From an uncultured Bacteroidota bacterium (GTDB lineage Bacteria; Bacteroidota; Bacteroidia; Chitinophagales; Chitinophagaceae): a stretch of 64,000 nucleotides of DNA. The notes below the pieces were generated by a model. That model saw only the letters and a program-made list of their open reading frames with translations, had not been told where the DNA came from and made no database searches. The position numbers and the translations under genes were made by a program. Of the stretch, positions 1 to 9,997 are shown in pieces; within the stretch, counting starts at the first letter, position 1; each line of letters opens with the position of its first letter. The stretch is from NCBI GenBank assembly GCA_903927185.1, contig CAIYLW010000026.1:22759-86758 (forward strand), given 5' to 3'.

Positions 1-223
1 GATGCTTGATTTCGTGTTTTAGATCGTGTAGATTGATGAGTTGAATGTGAAATTGATTATGAAAATGTTCAATGCCTTCAACCGTTTCTTTATCCGTTTT
101 TCCGGGAGCAAATAAATACAATTCGTTTTTTAATTTGTTGATCTTTTCCCGATAGGCAGTTAGTACTTGCTTCCATTTTTTGCACTCTTCAATGAGTGCC
201 AGATGCTGTGCTTCTGTGATCAT
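1..223 (-). CDS. Hypothetical His-rich helical protein; 3' end runs off the window (MITEAQHLALIEECKKWKQVL...EHFHNQFHIQLINLHDLKHEIKH)
   Basis: Manual translation from ATG at 223; open to the window edge; not in the ORF track. Confidence 0.7.
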   Translation of the reverse strand, partial: MITEAQHLALIEECKKWKQVLTAYREKINKLKNELYLFAPGKTDKETVEGIEHFHNQFHIQLINLHDLKHEIKH

Positions 224-299
224 TGCAATCTTTTTTAGAATGAAGAATTTGGTGGTGTTTAATCCTAAAGATTTGACTTAATAAATTTAAAAACAGACC

Positions 300-333
300 A
301 AAAAAATAACCATGACAAGTGTCATGGTTATTT
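300..333 (-). terminator. 14-bp inverted repeat followed by a 7-T run on the minus strand; probable intrinsic terminator of the L,D-transpeptidase gene, or an operator
   Basis: AAATAACCATGACA-AG-TGTCATGGTTATTT at 304-333; A-run at 300-306. Confidence 0.5.
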
Positions 334-426
334 ATGAAAAATTATATTATATTAAAAAGAATTGTTGTTAAAACGATTTTGAAATCAAATTAATAAAAAA
401 ATCTAACTATCAGAAAAATGGGTCTA

Positions 427-1155
427 CTAAGAAATTTTTGGATTCAGTAATTTGCTGTGAGAAGTATAAAACAAATCCGGACTATAAACGAAAAGACAAC
501 TGCCATCCCGAATTGTTTCGATGATGGGTTTCTTGAGAGTTTCAGGGATTGCAGGGCATCCCAAGCTTCGACCTATAAACCCTTTTATTTTTGCTGTTTT
601 TTCGCTCACATAATTTGCACTATGTATTACTATGCCGCGCTTATAAGCGTTGTCGTTAATACCAGCTTCTTGTCCATCTAAACGTAAAGAGTATCCATGT
701 TTACCTTGATAAGTTCCTGCTGTAGTATAAAAACCCAAACTACTTTTAAGGCTATTGAAAGAATTTGAAAAGTGAGTGGCTATTACAGTACCAGAATTTT
801 TGCCGTGAGAAACAAATGTGTTGAATAATAATTGCCCACTTACCAGGTCAATTACAAACAAACGTTTTTTGCTGGATGGCAAACTAAAATCGATGATAGT
901 TAGGATATTATCTTTTTGAATTTTCCCTGCTTCTATTAATGTATTGTAACCAGTTAATGCATATTCGAAAGCAGCCTTTGATAGACCTAAGTCTGATAAT
1001 TGAAGTGAATCGTATAGGAATGCGTTTTTATCTAAATTTTTTATAGAAGGCGCAGAAGCAGTGAGCGTTGTTTTTTTATTGATTGATTTTGACTTACCGG
1101 TACCAAATACAAATGTGCCCATGAGCATAGCCACAGGAATCAGGTAAAATCTCAT
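427..1155 (-). CDS. Murein L,D-transpeptidase catalytic domain protein (YkuD_2-like)
   Basis: HSANY...GRSLGCPA His/Cys motif, IIDFSLPS, SHGKNSG. ATG at 1155 preferred over TTG at 1179. TAAATTTG promoter box at 1209-1202. Confidence 0.85.
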   Translation of the reverse strand: MRFYLIPVAMLMGTFVFGTGKSKSINKKTTLTASAPSIKNLDKNAFLYDSLQLSDLGLSKAAFEYALTGYNTLIEAGKIQKDNILTIIDFSLPSSKKRLFVIDLVSGQLLFNTFVSHGKNSGTVIATHFSNSFNSLKSSLGFYTTAGTYQGKHGYSLRLDGQEAGINDNAYKRGIVIHSANYVSEKTAKIKGFIGRSLGCPAIPETLKKPIIETIRDGSCLFVYSPDLFYTSHSKLLNPKIS

Positions 1156-1441
1156 TTTTTTAAAATGATGCGACCGCAAGTTTGATGAATTTAGTGAGGC
1201 GCAAATTTACACTATTCAATTTTACCCTGCTGTTTTTCATAAAAACCTTAGCCTAGGTTTAACTTATTTTTGGTTATTTATAGCAATAATTAGGCATTTT
1301 TTGACAAAAAACAGTGAAAATAGCTACAAAAAACGCTAAAAATCATTTTTTTCATTTTATACATTTTAGACTGGCCTGACAAATTTTAGAATTGTTTTCC
1401 ACGTTCTGTTTTTCAACAAACCATCTCTTTATCTTGCATTC

Positions 1442-3799
1442 ATGCAGGAGTATCTGAATGGATTGAATGAACCTCAACGGGAGGCAGTGACATATATAAA
1501 TGGACCCATTATGATTGTGGCTGGGGCTGGAAGTGGTAAGACCAAAGTTTTGACTACCCGAATAGCACATTTGATGGCGAATGGGGTGGATGCATTTAAT
1601 ATTCTTGCGCTTACATTTACCAATAAGGCAGCTGCTGAAATGAAGGAAAGGATTGAAAAGATCCTCGGCAATTCTGAAGCTCGTAACCTATATATTGGAA
1701 CCTTTCATTCGGTTTTTGCCAGAATTTTAAGAGCCGAAGCACATCGTTTGGGTTATCCCAGCAATTTTACAATTTATGATACGGATGATAGCAGGTCGGT
1801 CATCAAAACCGTTGTTAACGAATTGAATCTGGATGATAAGCACTATAAGGCCAATGTGGTGGGCAACCGTATTTCACAAGCTAAAAATGCACTAGTGGGT
1901 CCGGCAGAATATGCGGTGGATTATTATATACAACAGGAAGATATGCGAGCAAACCGCCAAGCAATCTCTCAGATTTATCTTGCTTATGCGAATCGTTGTT
2001 TCAAGAATGGAGCGATGGATTTTGATGACTTATTGTTGAAGATGCACGAGTTATTGAAAAATTTTCCGGAGGCACTTTATAAATATCAGCACAAGTTCAA
2101 ATACATTTTAATTGATGAGTATCAGGATACCAACCCTGTTCAGTACGAGATCACGAAGTTGTTAGCTGCTGTACATGAAAACATTTGTGTGGTGGGAGAT
2201 GATGCACAGAGTATTTATAGTTTCAGAGGTGCGACAATTGAAAATATATTACAGTTTCAGAAAGATTACGATGATGTAAAAATTGTAAAGCTGGAGCAGA
2301 ACTATCGAAGCAGTAAGAATATTATTCATGTGGCAAATGAAATTATCAAAGTTAATCAAGGACAGATTCCGAAAAATCTGTGGACCGATAACAATGAAGG
2401 AGAGAAGATTCGTTTGGTGCGTACAATGACAGATAATGACGAAGGAAAATTTGTGGCAGATACCATTCAGGAACAAAAATTACGCAATCATTTTTATAAT
2501 CAAGATTTTGCTATTTTATATAGAACCAATGCACAGAGCCGTGCTTATGAAGAGAGTTTGAGAAGGATGGGTATTGCATATCGGATTTATGGTGGTGTAA
2601 GTTTCTATCAACGGAAAGAGATCAAAGATTTTTTAGCTTATCTACGTGTGATTGTAAATACAAAAGATGAAGAAGGCTTAAAAAGAATTATCAATTATCC
2701 GGTAAGGGGAATTGGTAAAACCAGTATTGAAAAATTGGTGATAGCAGCAAATGATTTAAATATTTCGATGTTTGATGTATTAGCGAGAGCAGGAGAATTT
2801 GGTTTTAAAGGTGGCACACTAGAAACTATGCAAAACTTTGTAACGATGATCCGTTATTTTCAAAGTTTGATGGGAGAGAAAAACGCCTATGACTTAGCTA
2901 TTCAGGTAGGTAAGCATACCAATATTGTAAAGGAATTGTTTAGCGATAAAACCACCGAAGGTTTAGCACGATATGAAAACATACAAGAAATTTTAAACTC
3001 TATCAAAGAGTGGACGGAAAGTCCGAGTAATGATGATGGTGAGTTGGGTGATAAAAGTCTGGGATCTTATCTGCAACAAATTAGTTTGGTAACGGATGCA
3101 GATGATAATAAGCAAGAAACAGATGTAGTAAAGTTAATGACGATTCATGCTGCGAAGGGATTGGAATTTAGTTGCGTGTTTGTAGGAGGAATTGAAGAGA
3201 CTTTATTTCCAAATGCAATGGCCATTAATACCAGAGAAGAATTGGAGGAAGAGCGAAGATTATTTTATGTAGCCATAACCAGAGCGAAGCAACATTTATG
3301 GTTAACATATGCAAACTCGAGATATCGATTTGGACAATTAGTTCAGAACGAACCTAGCCGGTTTATTGAAGAGATGCCGGAAGATTATGTAGATAAAAGT
3401 TATGCTGGTGGTGGAGCACGTAATAATGCTGGGACCCAGTTTGGTTCTGGGTTTGAACGTATGCAAAGAGGTGCAGGATATGGAAATGCTGCATCAGCAG
3501 AAAAACGATACGGCCCCCCTCCAAGTAAAAAACCAGATGCAGGAAAAACCAAGCCAGAATATTTACCAATAGTTCCCCCTTCTTCTAAAGTAGTAGAGCA
3601 TCAACCTTCTGGAAATTTTGTAGCAAGCGATACAAGTCAATTAGCTGCAGGGCAAAAAGTGGAACATCAAAAATTCGGATTTGGAATTGTTGGTAAAATA
3701 GAAGGTTCTGCTCATAATCCTATTGCAACAATTCAATTTGAATTGAACGGAGAGAAAAAAATTATGTTGAATTATGCGAAGCTTCGGATAGTTGATTAG
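1442..3799 (+). CDS. uvrD: ATP-dependent DNA helicase UvrD/PcrA
   Basis: AGAGSGKT Walker A, DEYQD, VGDDAQSIY, LEQNYRS, TIHAAKGLEF, EERRLFYVA; C-terminal Tudor-like domain. Confidence 0.95.
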   Translation: MQEYLNGLNEPQREAVTYINGPIMIVAGAGSGKTKVLTTRIAHLMANGVDAFNILALTFTNKAAAEMKERIEKILGNSEARNLYIGTFHSVFARILRAEAHRLGYPSNFTIYDTDDSRSVIKTVVNELNLDDKHYKANVVGNRISQAKNALVGPAEYAVDYYIQQEDMRANRQAISQIYLAYANRCFKNGAMDFDDLLLKMHELLKNFPEALYKYQHKFKYILIDEYQDTNPVQYEITKLLAAVHENICVVGDDAQSIYSFRGATIENILQFQKDYDDVKIVKLEQNYRSSKNIIHVANEIIKVNQGQIPKNLWTDNNEGEKIRLVRTMTDNDEGKFVADTIQEQKLRNHFYNQDFAILYRTNAQSRAYEESLRRMGIAYRIYGGVSFYQRKEIKDFLAYLRVIVNTKDEEGLKRIINYPVRGIGKTSIEKLVIAANDLNISMFDVLARAGEFGFKGGTLETMQNFVTMIRYFQSLMGEKNAYDLAIQVGKHTNIVKELFSDKTTEGLARYENIQEILNSIKEWTESPSNDDGELGDKSLGSYLQQISLVTDADDNKQETDVVKLMTIHAAKGLEFSCVFVGGIEETLFPNAMAINTREELEEERRLFYVAITRAKQHLWLTYANSRYRFGQLVQNEPSRFIEEMPEDYVDKSYAGGGARNNAGTQFGSGFERMQRGAGYGNAASAEKRYGPPPSKKPDAGKTKPEYLPIVPPSSKVVEHQPSGNFVASDTSQLAAGQKVEHQKFGFGIVGKIEGSAHNPIATIQFELNGEKKIMLNYAKLRIVD

Positions 3800-4950
3800 T
3801 TATTTTTCTTACTAGTTTTTAATTTTTTTTCTACTGATGCTGGTGCATAAACCCCTCCTTTTGGATTTGGTAATAGGGTAGAATTTGGTAAGAATAAAAA
3901 TGTTTCTGGCAGCAAAAACGATAAGGAAGAATTTGTATTAGGATTAGTTTTTTTATATCTCAACAGCACTTCCATTTGAGGTCGATCTTCTTGTACATTT
4001 GGTTGAACAGATAAAGGATATTTATCCCATCTAGAACCTGCAGCCCAATAGCACCCATTGATATTATTTTCACTCAGGTATTTTAGAAAATTATCGAGTA
4101 GTTTCAACCAACGCAAGTCGTTATCAGGTACGCCATATTCTCCAATGGTCCCCTGTTTATTATTATCTTTCAACCACCTAACAAATGGCATGGTTCTCAT
4201 CACACCCGTGTATTCATCTACGCCACTGTTTTCATAGGTTTCTGAATATCTGCCGGAAAAATTTTTATCAAAATAACAATGTGCATCATAGATAATACTA
4301 TTGCTGGGGTCGGTTAAATTTTTCAGCACATCACTATATTGATACCATTTATCTGCACTGGCATAATTATCTCCCGAGATAATTATGGCTGTTTTTTTGT
4401 CAACAGTTCTAATCCCATTAATGGCTTCTTGCGCAGTGGTAAACCAATCGAATTCGCCCATATCATGCGGCTCACTCATTATTTCAAAGCCGTAAATATT
4501 TTTTTCGTTTTTTAGTGCCCTAGCCATCTTGATCCAGAAATCGGTAAAATGATTTCTCGTTACTGTTTTGCCCCCGACTACATGTTCTGTATCAGCAATT
4601 TTATAACGTCCAAAGTTGTGCATGGTTAAAATCACTTTGATATTTCTGGGAGCACAATACAAGAGTACTCTTCTGATCTCGTCAATATTTTCTTGATTAA
4701 AATCTCCACCAGGAATTGTTTGAACCCTTTCCCATTTGAAGGGGATGGTCATTAATTGAAAACCTTGCTGATAAAAATATTCAATATCGTTTTCAGAAGG
4801 ATAGGCATAGTCTTTATTCAAAACCCCGGGGATTATCTTTTCTTCAAATTCAGCTCCACATATATTAATTCCAAAGGGAATTCCTTTAGTTTGAGCGAAA
4901 CCGTTTAAACTCATTGTAATTAAAAGGCTGAAAAAGATATATAATCGCAT
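3796..4950 (-). CDS. Secreted glycoside hydrolase family 5 (cellulase/endoglucanase-like)
   Basis: Signal peptide; GINICGAEF, IPFKWER, HNFGRY, MSEPHD (acid/base Glu), YDAHCY, IGEYG (nucleophile), YWAAG. Confidence 0.85.
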   Translation of the reverse strand: MRLYIFFSLLITMSLNGFAQTKGIPFGINICGAEFEEKIIPGVLNKDYAYPSENDIEYFYQQGFQLMTIPFKWERVQTIPGGDFNQENIDEIRRVLLYCAPRNIKVILTMHNFGRYKIADTEHVVGGKTVTRNHFTDFWIKMARALKNEKNIYGFEIMSEPHDMGEFDWFTTAQEAINGIRTVDKKTAIIISGDNYASADKWYQYSDVLKNLTDPSNSIIYDAHCYFDKNFSGRYSETYENSGVDEYTGVMRTMPFVRWLKDNNKQGTIGEYGVPDNDLRWLKLLDNFLKYLSENNINGCYWAAGSRWDKYPLSVQPNVQEDRPQMEVLLRYKKTNPNTNSSLSFLLPETFLFLPNSTLLPNPKGGVYAPASVEKKLKTSKKNN

Positions 4951-5164
4951 AGGTTTAACTTCCTGGTATCAACGTAAAATACCCTTGAATTATTGATTGA
5001 ATCTGTTAATAAAACAGTTTTTTAATCCTTATGAGGTTTTCGATATCCGAAAAATATGGCCTAATCGTAGTTTGCAAAGTCCCTAAATAGGCAAACCCTG
5101 TTTCCTTTTGATTAAATTTGCAGCTGTATTATTTAGGCAATGCCCGAATAGAAAATAGATAATT

Positions 5165-5764
5165 ATGATCCAAACAGGCAATCCGGTAATTAGCATTTAT
5201 ACCGAAATGACACCCAATCCGGAAACAATGAAGTTTGTTGCTAATAAACTTTTATATCCCGGAAAGAGTATTGATTTTGCAGAAGAATCATTAGCAGCAC
5301 CTTCGCCCTTGGCAAAAGAGCTGTTTAGCTTTCCTTTTATTAAGAGTGTATTTATTGCCAGCAATTTTATTACACTTACCAAAACACCGGAAACAGATGA
5401 TTGGCAAGATGTAATTCCAGCTATCAAAGCCTTTATGAAAGAGTATCTTGAAAATGGTGGAGTTGTGGTTAATGATGATGAAGTAGCTAAAGTAAAACAA
5501 GAATCTTCTAATACGGTAAGTGAAGATGATGATGATATAGTGAAGCGTGTAAAAGAATTATTAGAGAATTATGTAAAGCCGGCAGTTGAAATGGATGGCG
5601 GAGCGATTCAATTCAAGAGCTATAATGATGGAATTGTAAACCTGATGTTACAAGGTAGTTGTAGCGGTTGCCCTTCTTCAATGATAACATTAAAGGCGGG
5701 TATTGAAGGAATGATGAAAAGAATGATTCCCGAAGTGAAAGAAGTGGTAGCTGAAGCGGAATAA
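5165..5764 (+). CDS. nfuA: NfuA/NifU-family Fe-S cluster carrier (Nfu_N + NifU_C)
   Basis: TPNPETMKF N-domain; PAVEMDGG and GSCSGCPSS CxxC motifs; TAAATTTG box at 5113-5120. Confidence 0.9.
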   Translation: MIQTGNPVISIYTEMTPNPETMKFVANKLLYPGKSIDFAEESLAAPSPLAKELFSFPFIKSVFIASNFITLTKTPETDDWQDVIPAIKAFMKEYLENGGVVVNDDEVAKVKQESSNTVSEDDDDIVKRVKELLENYVKPAVEMDGGAIQFKSYNDGIVNLMLQGSCSGCPSSMITLKAGIEGMMKRMIPEVKEVVAEAE

Positions 5765-5791
5765 TTAAAATAGTTTTTTTGAGTGTAATTA

Positions 5792-5826
5792 GCGCCTCCC
5801 CGATATTCGAGGGGGCGTTTTTGTTT
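5792..5826 (+). terminator. Intrinsic terminator after nfuA
   Basis: GC-rich hairpin cgcctccccga-tat-tcgagggggcg followed by tttttgttt. Confidence 0.75.
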
Positions 5827-5975
5827 AATTATATCCCAAAATACTCCAAAATCTATTAAACAGCACTCAAAAACAAGGATTTTGAATAAAACCTTGACTA
5901 TTATTTTATACTTTGATTTTCAATGATTTATAAGTGTACTTTCATTAAAGACATTTTTATCTTAAATCTAAACAG

Positions 5976-6407
5976 TTGAAAAAGAGTATAATATCAATTA
6001 TTACTTTATTTATCATTTTCAATGCATCTGCACAACTGAAAACTACCTCACCTAATACATTAGAAGATAGAGTAAAAAATGAATCAAATAAAACAGAGGT
6101 AATCGAATTGTTAGAAATCTTAAGAGCTGATTTATATACCAACTTTAAACAAGAGTTTGTATTTGTAGTAAAGGACGTTTCATTTAAGAAAAATTATAGT
6201 TGGTTTGTTGGGGATGTACAAAGAAAAGATGCTGAAAATATTAGGATGCTTGATAATAATTCAACTTGTTGTAAGGTAGAAGCCCTCTTTAAAAAAAATC
6301 AAGGGGTATGGCATTTAATAGAAGCGCAAGCATTTAGTAAACATCCCTGGTACTTAGATTTAAAATGCAAATATCCTGACCTTCCAAAAAGATTAATTAT
6401 CCAATAG
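5976..6407 (+). CDS. Hypothetical secreted protein
   Basis: 143-aa ORF with signal peptide (NASA/Q). Confidence 0.65.
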   Translation: MKKSIISIITLFIIFNASAQLKTTSPNTLEDRVKNESNKTEVIELLEILRADLYTNFKQEFVFVVKDVSFKKNYSWFVGDVQRKDAENIRMLDNNSTCCKVEALFKKNQGVWHLIEAQAFSKHPWYLDLKCKYPDLPKRLIIQ

Positions 6408-6594
6408 TAGGTTAATTTTAAATTTTTTCTACTGTATTTAGTTTCATTTTACTTCTACTAAGCAGTAAATTACTGCACTACATAAATTGAATATTCTTTT
6501 CTGAAGCTTCAAAACTTTATATTTTGCTATTTTATTAATAAAGCATTAGTTTAAAGAATGCAAAATTCGTTCCTTTGATTCTTGTAATAAAATA

Positions 6595-8118
6595 ATGAGA
6601 AAAATAGTTATCACATTTCTTAATAATCATTGGGATGCACTTATTGCTTCAGTTTTGGGATGTATTGTCATTTATTGTCTAACAAGATTTGGAGGTATTG
6701 GCATTTCACCAGATTCAGTTGGATATAGTGAAGCGGCCATCAACCTAAAAGATAAAGGAGCATTGTTAGACTTTAATGGATTGGCGCTTGTAGATTTTCC
6801 GGCTGGTTATCCACTATTTTTATCGTTCTTTTATTTATTAACTGGAATATCTCCTATCCTATTATCTCCATTCATAAACGCATTATTATATGTAGGTGTT
6901 ATTTTGATAAGTAGTAGCATCATGCAATCTTTTCAAGGAGTTACCAGATGGTATCGAATTGCTATTTTAATTTTGTTGGCATCAAGTCCTTGTCTTTGGG
7001 AAGTGTATGGTATGATCTGGTCGGAGACTTTGTTTTTATTTTTGGTGTTGTTTTTTATGTTGGGATGGAAAAATTATTCTAATAAAAAAACAATCTTTTC
7101 ACTTTTGCTATTAGCATTAGTAACTGCTTGTGCTTTTGTTACAAGATTTGCAGGGATTACATTAGTGGCTACTGGAATTGCGTTGATATTTTTTGATGAA
7201 TCTATTTCGATTCTTAAAAAAATAAAACATTTGGCTTTATTTTTTGTGGGCAGTATTTCTTTTGTTATAATCAATCTTATTCGAAATCATTATGCCAGCG
7301 GAACCCTTTCTGGTGTGAGAGAGAAAGCTTTGAGAACAGCGGGTGAGAATTTATTAGATATTGGTTCAGTATTAGGCGGATGGTTTCCTTTTATTGGTGA
7401 ACACGCTTTAGCTGGCGCCATTATTTTTTGTTTATTAGTTGCATTTGCTGTTATACAAATTGTTTATCGATTAATTCAACAACAATTTTATTCGAAACTT
7501 GAAACTGTTGTTTATGGTTTCTTTTTAGTGTATAGCATTTTTATCATATTAATTTCCAGTATTTCTCGCTTCGAAGAATTAAGTAGCCGATTATTATCCC
7601 CAATGTATATTCCAATCATTTGGGTAAGTACCTGTTGGATTCCGAATTTTATTCAGAAAAAAAGCAGAACCTTTCGAATTGTATTATTGATGGGAACTGC
7701 AGTATTTTTTATAGCGGTTTTAAAAAATTATTACCAACAAAATGTGGAAACTTGGGATGGAATTGCTTATGCAGGTATTCCAGGTTATTCTGAAAAACAA
7801 TGGAAAGAATCACCTACTATTAAATATATAAATACCCATAAGGAAAGTATAAATGGAGCAATTTATTCTGATGCATATGATGGTTTGTATTATTTAACTG
7901 GCGTAAAATCTTTGCCACTTCCCCATAAAGAAATTGAATCTGAGAAAAATAAATTTTTAAATAATACTTCTCTAATTGTTGTTTGGTTTAAAGATGGTGT
8001 AAATACAGATCTGATAGACCTTGACTATATTAACTCCCATAAAAAATTACAACTCACTAAAAGTTTTGAAGATGGAGCGATCTATTTTTATACTGATTCT
8101 ATTTCAGTAAAGCAATAA
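6595..8118 (+). CDS. Polytopic membrane GT-C fold glycosyltransferase (ArnT/PMT-like)
   Basis: About 11 TM segments; ISPDSVGY acidic loop after TM1, FPAGYPLFLS, WSETLF, TRFAG; soluble C-terminal domain. Confidence 0.65.
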   Translation: MRKIVITFLNNHWDALIASVLGCIVIYCLTRFGGIGISPDSVGYSEAAINLKDKGALLDFNGLALVDFPAGYPLFLSFFYLLTGISPILLSPFINALLYVGVILISSSIMQSFQGVTRWYRIAILILLASSPCLWEVYGMIWSETLFLFLVLFFMLGWKNYSNKKTIFSLLLLALVTACAFVTRFAGITLVATGIALIFFDESISILKKIKHLALFFVGSISFVIINLIRNHYASGTLSGVREKALRTAGENLLDIGSVLGGWFPFIGEHALAGAIIFCLLVAFAVIQIVYRLIQQQFYSKLETVVYGFFLVYSIFIILISSISRFEELSSRLLSPMYIPIIWVSTCWIPNFIQKKSRTFRIVLLMGTAVFFIAVLKNYYQQNVETWDGIAYAGIPGYSEKQWKESPTIKYINTHKESINGAIYSDAYDGLYYLTGVKSLPLPHKEIESEKNKFLNNTSLIVVWFKDGVNTDLIDLDYINSHKKLQLTKSFEDGAIYFYTDSISVKQ

Positions 8119-8134
8119 TTTCTAACAATTATTT

Positions 8135-8752
8135 ATGACAATAAACCATTTTTTGGATCAACTCATCAACGGAATTAAACAAACAGGTTTCTGGGAATTT
8201 ATTGGTGTATTTGCAGGTATAGCTAGTGTATGGTTTAGCAGAAAGGAAAACATTTTGGTGTATCCTGTAGGTTTAATAAATACTATTATCTATATCTATA
8301 TAAGTGTAAAAGGTCATTTATTGGGAGAAGCTAGTGTGAACTTATATTATACCTTGATGAGTATTTATGGCTGGGTATTATGGAGTAGAAAAGATCAAGT
8401 AAAACAAGAAAATATTTTACATATTACTAATAGCAATACCAAAGAATGGTTGATACAATTATTATTTTTTGCTGCATTTTATTTTGCAATATATTTTTCT
8501 CTGACTTGGGCAAAACAAGCTTTTGCCCCTGAAGCAATTCCATGGGCAGATGCTTTTGCCAGTGCCACAGCTTATACAGGAATGTGGTTGATGGCAAGAA
8601 AAAAAGTAGAGAGCTGGATCTGGTGGATTGCAACAAATATGGCTTCAATACCGTTGTACTTTATAAAGGGTTATGTTTTTACCAGCGTACAGTTTTTGGT
8701 GTTATTGATTTTAGCAATAGCGGGACTAATCAGCTGGCAGAAAAAAGCTTAG
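8135..8752 (+). CDS. pnuC: PnuC-family vitamin (nicotinamide riboside-type) transporter
   Basis: YPVGLIN, YGWVLW, DAFASA, WLMARKKVESWIWWI motifs. Confidence 0.9.
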   Translation: MTINHFLDQLINGIKQTGFWEFIGVFAGIASVWFSRKENILVYPVGLINTIIYIYISVKGHLLGEASVNLYYTLMSIYGWVLWSRKDQVKQENILHITNSNTKEWLIQLLFFAAFYFAIYFSLTWAKQAFAPEAIPWADAFASATAYTGMWLMARKKVESWIWWIATNMASIPLYFIKGYVFTSVQFLVLLILAIAGLISWQKKA

Positions 8753-8757
8753 AAAGT

Positions 8758-9300
8758 ATGACTATAAAAAAGGTAGTAGTAATAGGACCAGAATCTACTG
8801 GCAAGAGTAGCTTATGTGCAATGCTTGCAGCACATTTTAATAGTAGTTGGTGTCCGGAATATGGACGTGAATATCTAACTGTAAACGGTAAATCTTATCA
8901 GTATTCTGATTTATTAAAGATTGGGCAGGAGCAATTAAAATTGGAAGATCGATTTGCCAATGAATTAATTGAAGGGCAAAAAAGTCAAATACTATTTGTT
9001 GATACGGATATGTATGTTATGAAGGTTTGGTGCGAATATGTTTTTCAAGAATGTCACCAATTTATACTTGAGCAAATTTGTGAAAGGAAATACGACCTCT
9101 ATCTTTTATGTGATGTGGATCTGCCTTGGGTGCAAGATGAATTGAGAGAATACCCAGAGGATGGTCCGCGTAAAGAGTTGTTTCAAATTTATAAAGACTT
9201 ATTAATTAACCAGAATGTTCCTTGGGCAACAATTAGTGGAACTTATGAAGCGCGAGAACTTGCTGCAATTGAAGCAGTAAAAGGCTTAATGAATCAATAA
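8758..9300 (+). CDS. NadR-type ribosylnicotinamide kinase / ATPase domain protein
   Basis: VVIGPESTGKS Walker A, PEYGREYL, VDTD, YDLYLL, LPWVQDELRE; start at ATG 8758 after the pnuC stop. Confidence 0.85.
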   Translation: MTIKKVVVIGPESTGKSSLCAMLAAHFNSSWCPEYGREYLTVNGKSYQYSDLLKIGQEQLKLEDRFANELIEGQKSQILFVDTDMYVMKVWCEYVFQECHQFILEQICERKYDLYLLCDVDLPWVQDELREYPEDGPRKELFQIYKDLLINQNVPWATISGTYEARELAAIEAVKGLMNQ

Positions 9301-9984
9301 TTGTATGTCTTCATCATCTTCAATATTATGCATCTGTTGCAGGATTTGTGGATAGCGCCACTTAACACGATGGCTTATTGGTTTTACTGTAAATTTTTTC
9401 GGATTAGGTAAACATGCGATGATCATTGAAGCTTCGGTTCTGCTAAGTTGCTTTGCATGTTTTCCAAAATATTGCTGGGCTGCTGCTTCGATACCAAAGA
9501 CGCCTGGGCCCATCTCAATGGTATTCATATAAACATCTAAAATGCGATGTTTACCCCAAATCAGTTCTATTAATATAGTAAAATAAGCTTCTGGTATTTT
9601 TCGAATGTATTTAGTTATTCCACCACCTTGCCAAAGAAATACATTTTTAGCTACTTGCTGTGTAATAGTACTTGCTGCTGAGCCAAGGGGTAATTTTTGT
9701 TTGTGCCCTTTTTTAGGTTTCAGGCTTTTCTCTATCGCGTCCCAATCGAAACCACTATGATCAGGGAATGCCTGGTCTTCACTTGCAATGGCAGCTAATT
9801 TTGAGTTGGAAGAAATTTCTTTACCACTTACATAATCTCTTTTTAAACCGTATTCAAAACTATTACTGATTTGTGTAATGGTTATAGGAGGAGTTACCCA
9901 CTTACAAATAATCACATACAAGAGAGAAGAAAGAAACATCCATAACAGTATTTTCTTAGTCCATTTCCAAATCTTTCTAAACAT
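9286..9984 (-). CDS. mtgA: Monofunctional peptidoglycan transglycosylase
   Basis: EDQAFPDHSGFD, ASTITQQVAKNVFL, RILDVYMN, FGIEAAA (GT51 motifs). Confidence 0.9.
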   Translation of the reverse strand: MFRKIWKWTKKILLWMFLSSLLYVIICKWVTPPITITQISNSFEYGLKRDYVSGKEISSNSKLAAIASEDQAFPDHSGFDWDAIEKSLKPKKGHKQKLPLGSAASTITQQVAKNVFLWQGGGITKYIRKIPEAYFTILIELIWGKHRILDVYMNTIEMGPGVFGIEAAAQQYFGKHAKQLSRTEASMIIACLPNPKKFTVKPISHRVKWRYPQILQQMHNIEDDEDIQLLIH

Positions 9985-9997
9985 CTTGCAATAAATT

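Noticed and set aside
8542-8757. 72-aa N-terminal extension of the NadR-like ORF in the track
   Set aside because: Overlaps pnuC out of frame; the domain begins at ATG 8758.
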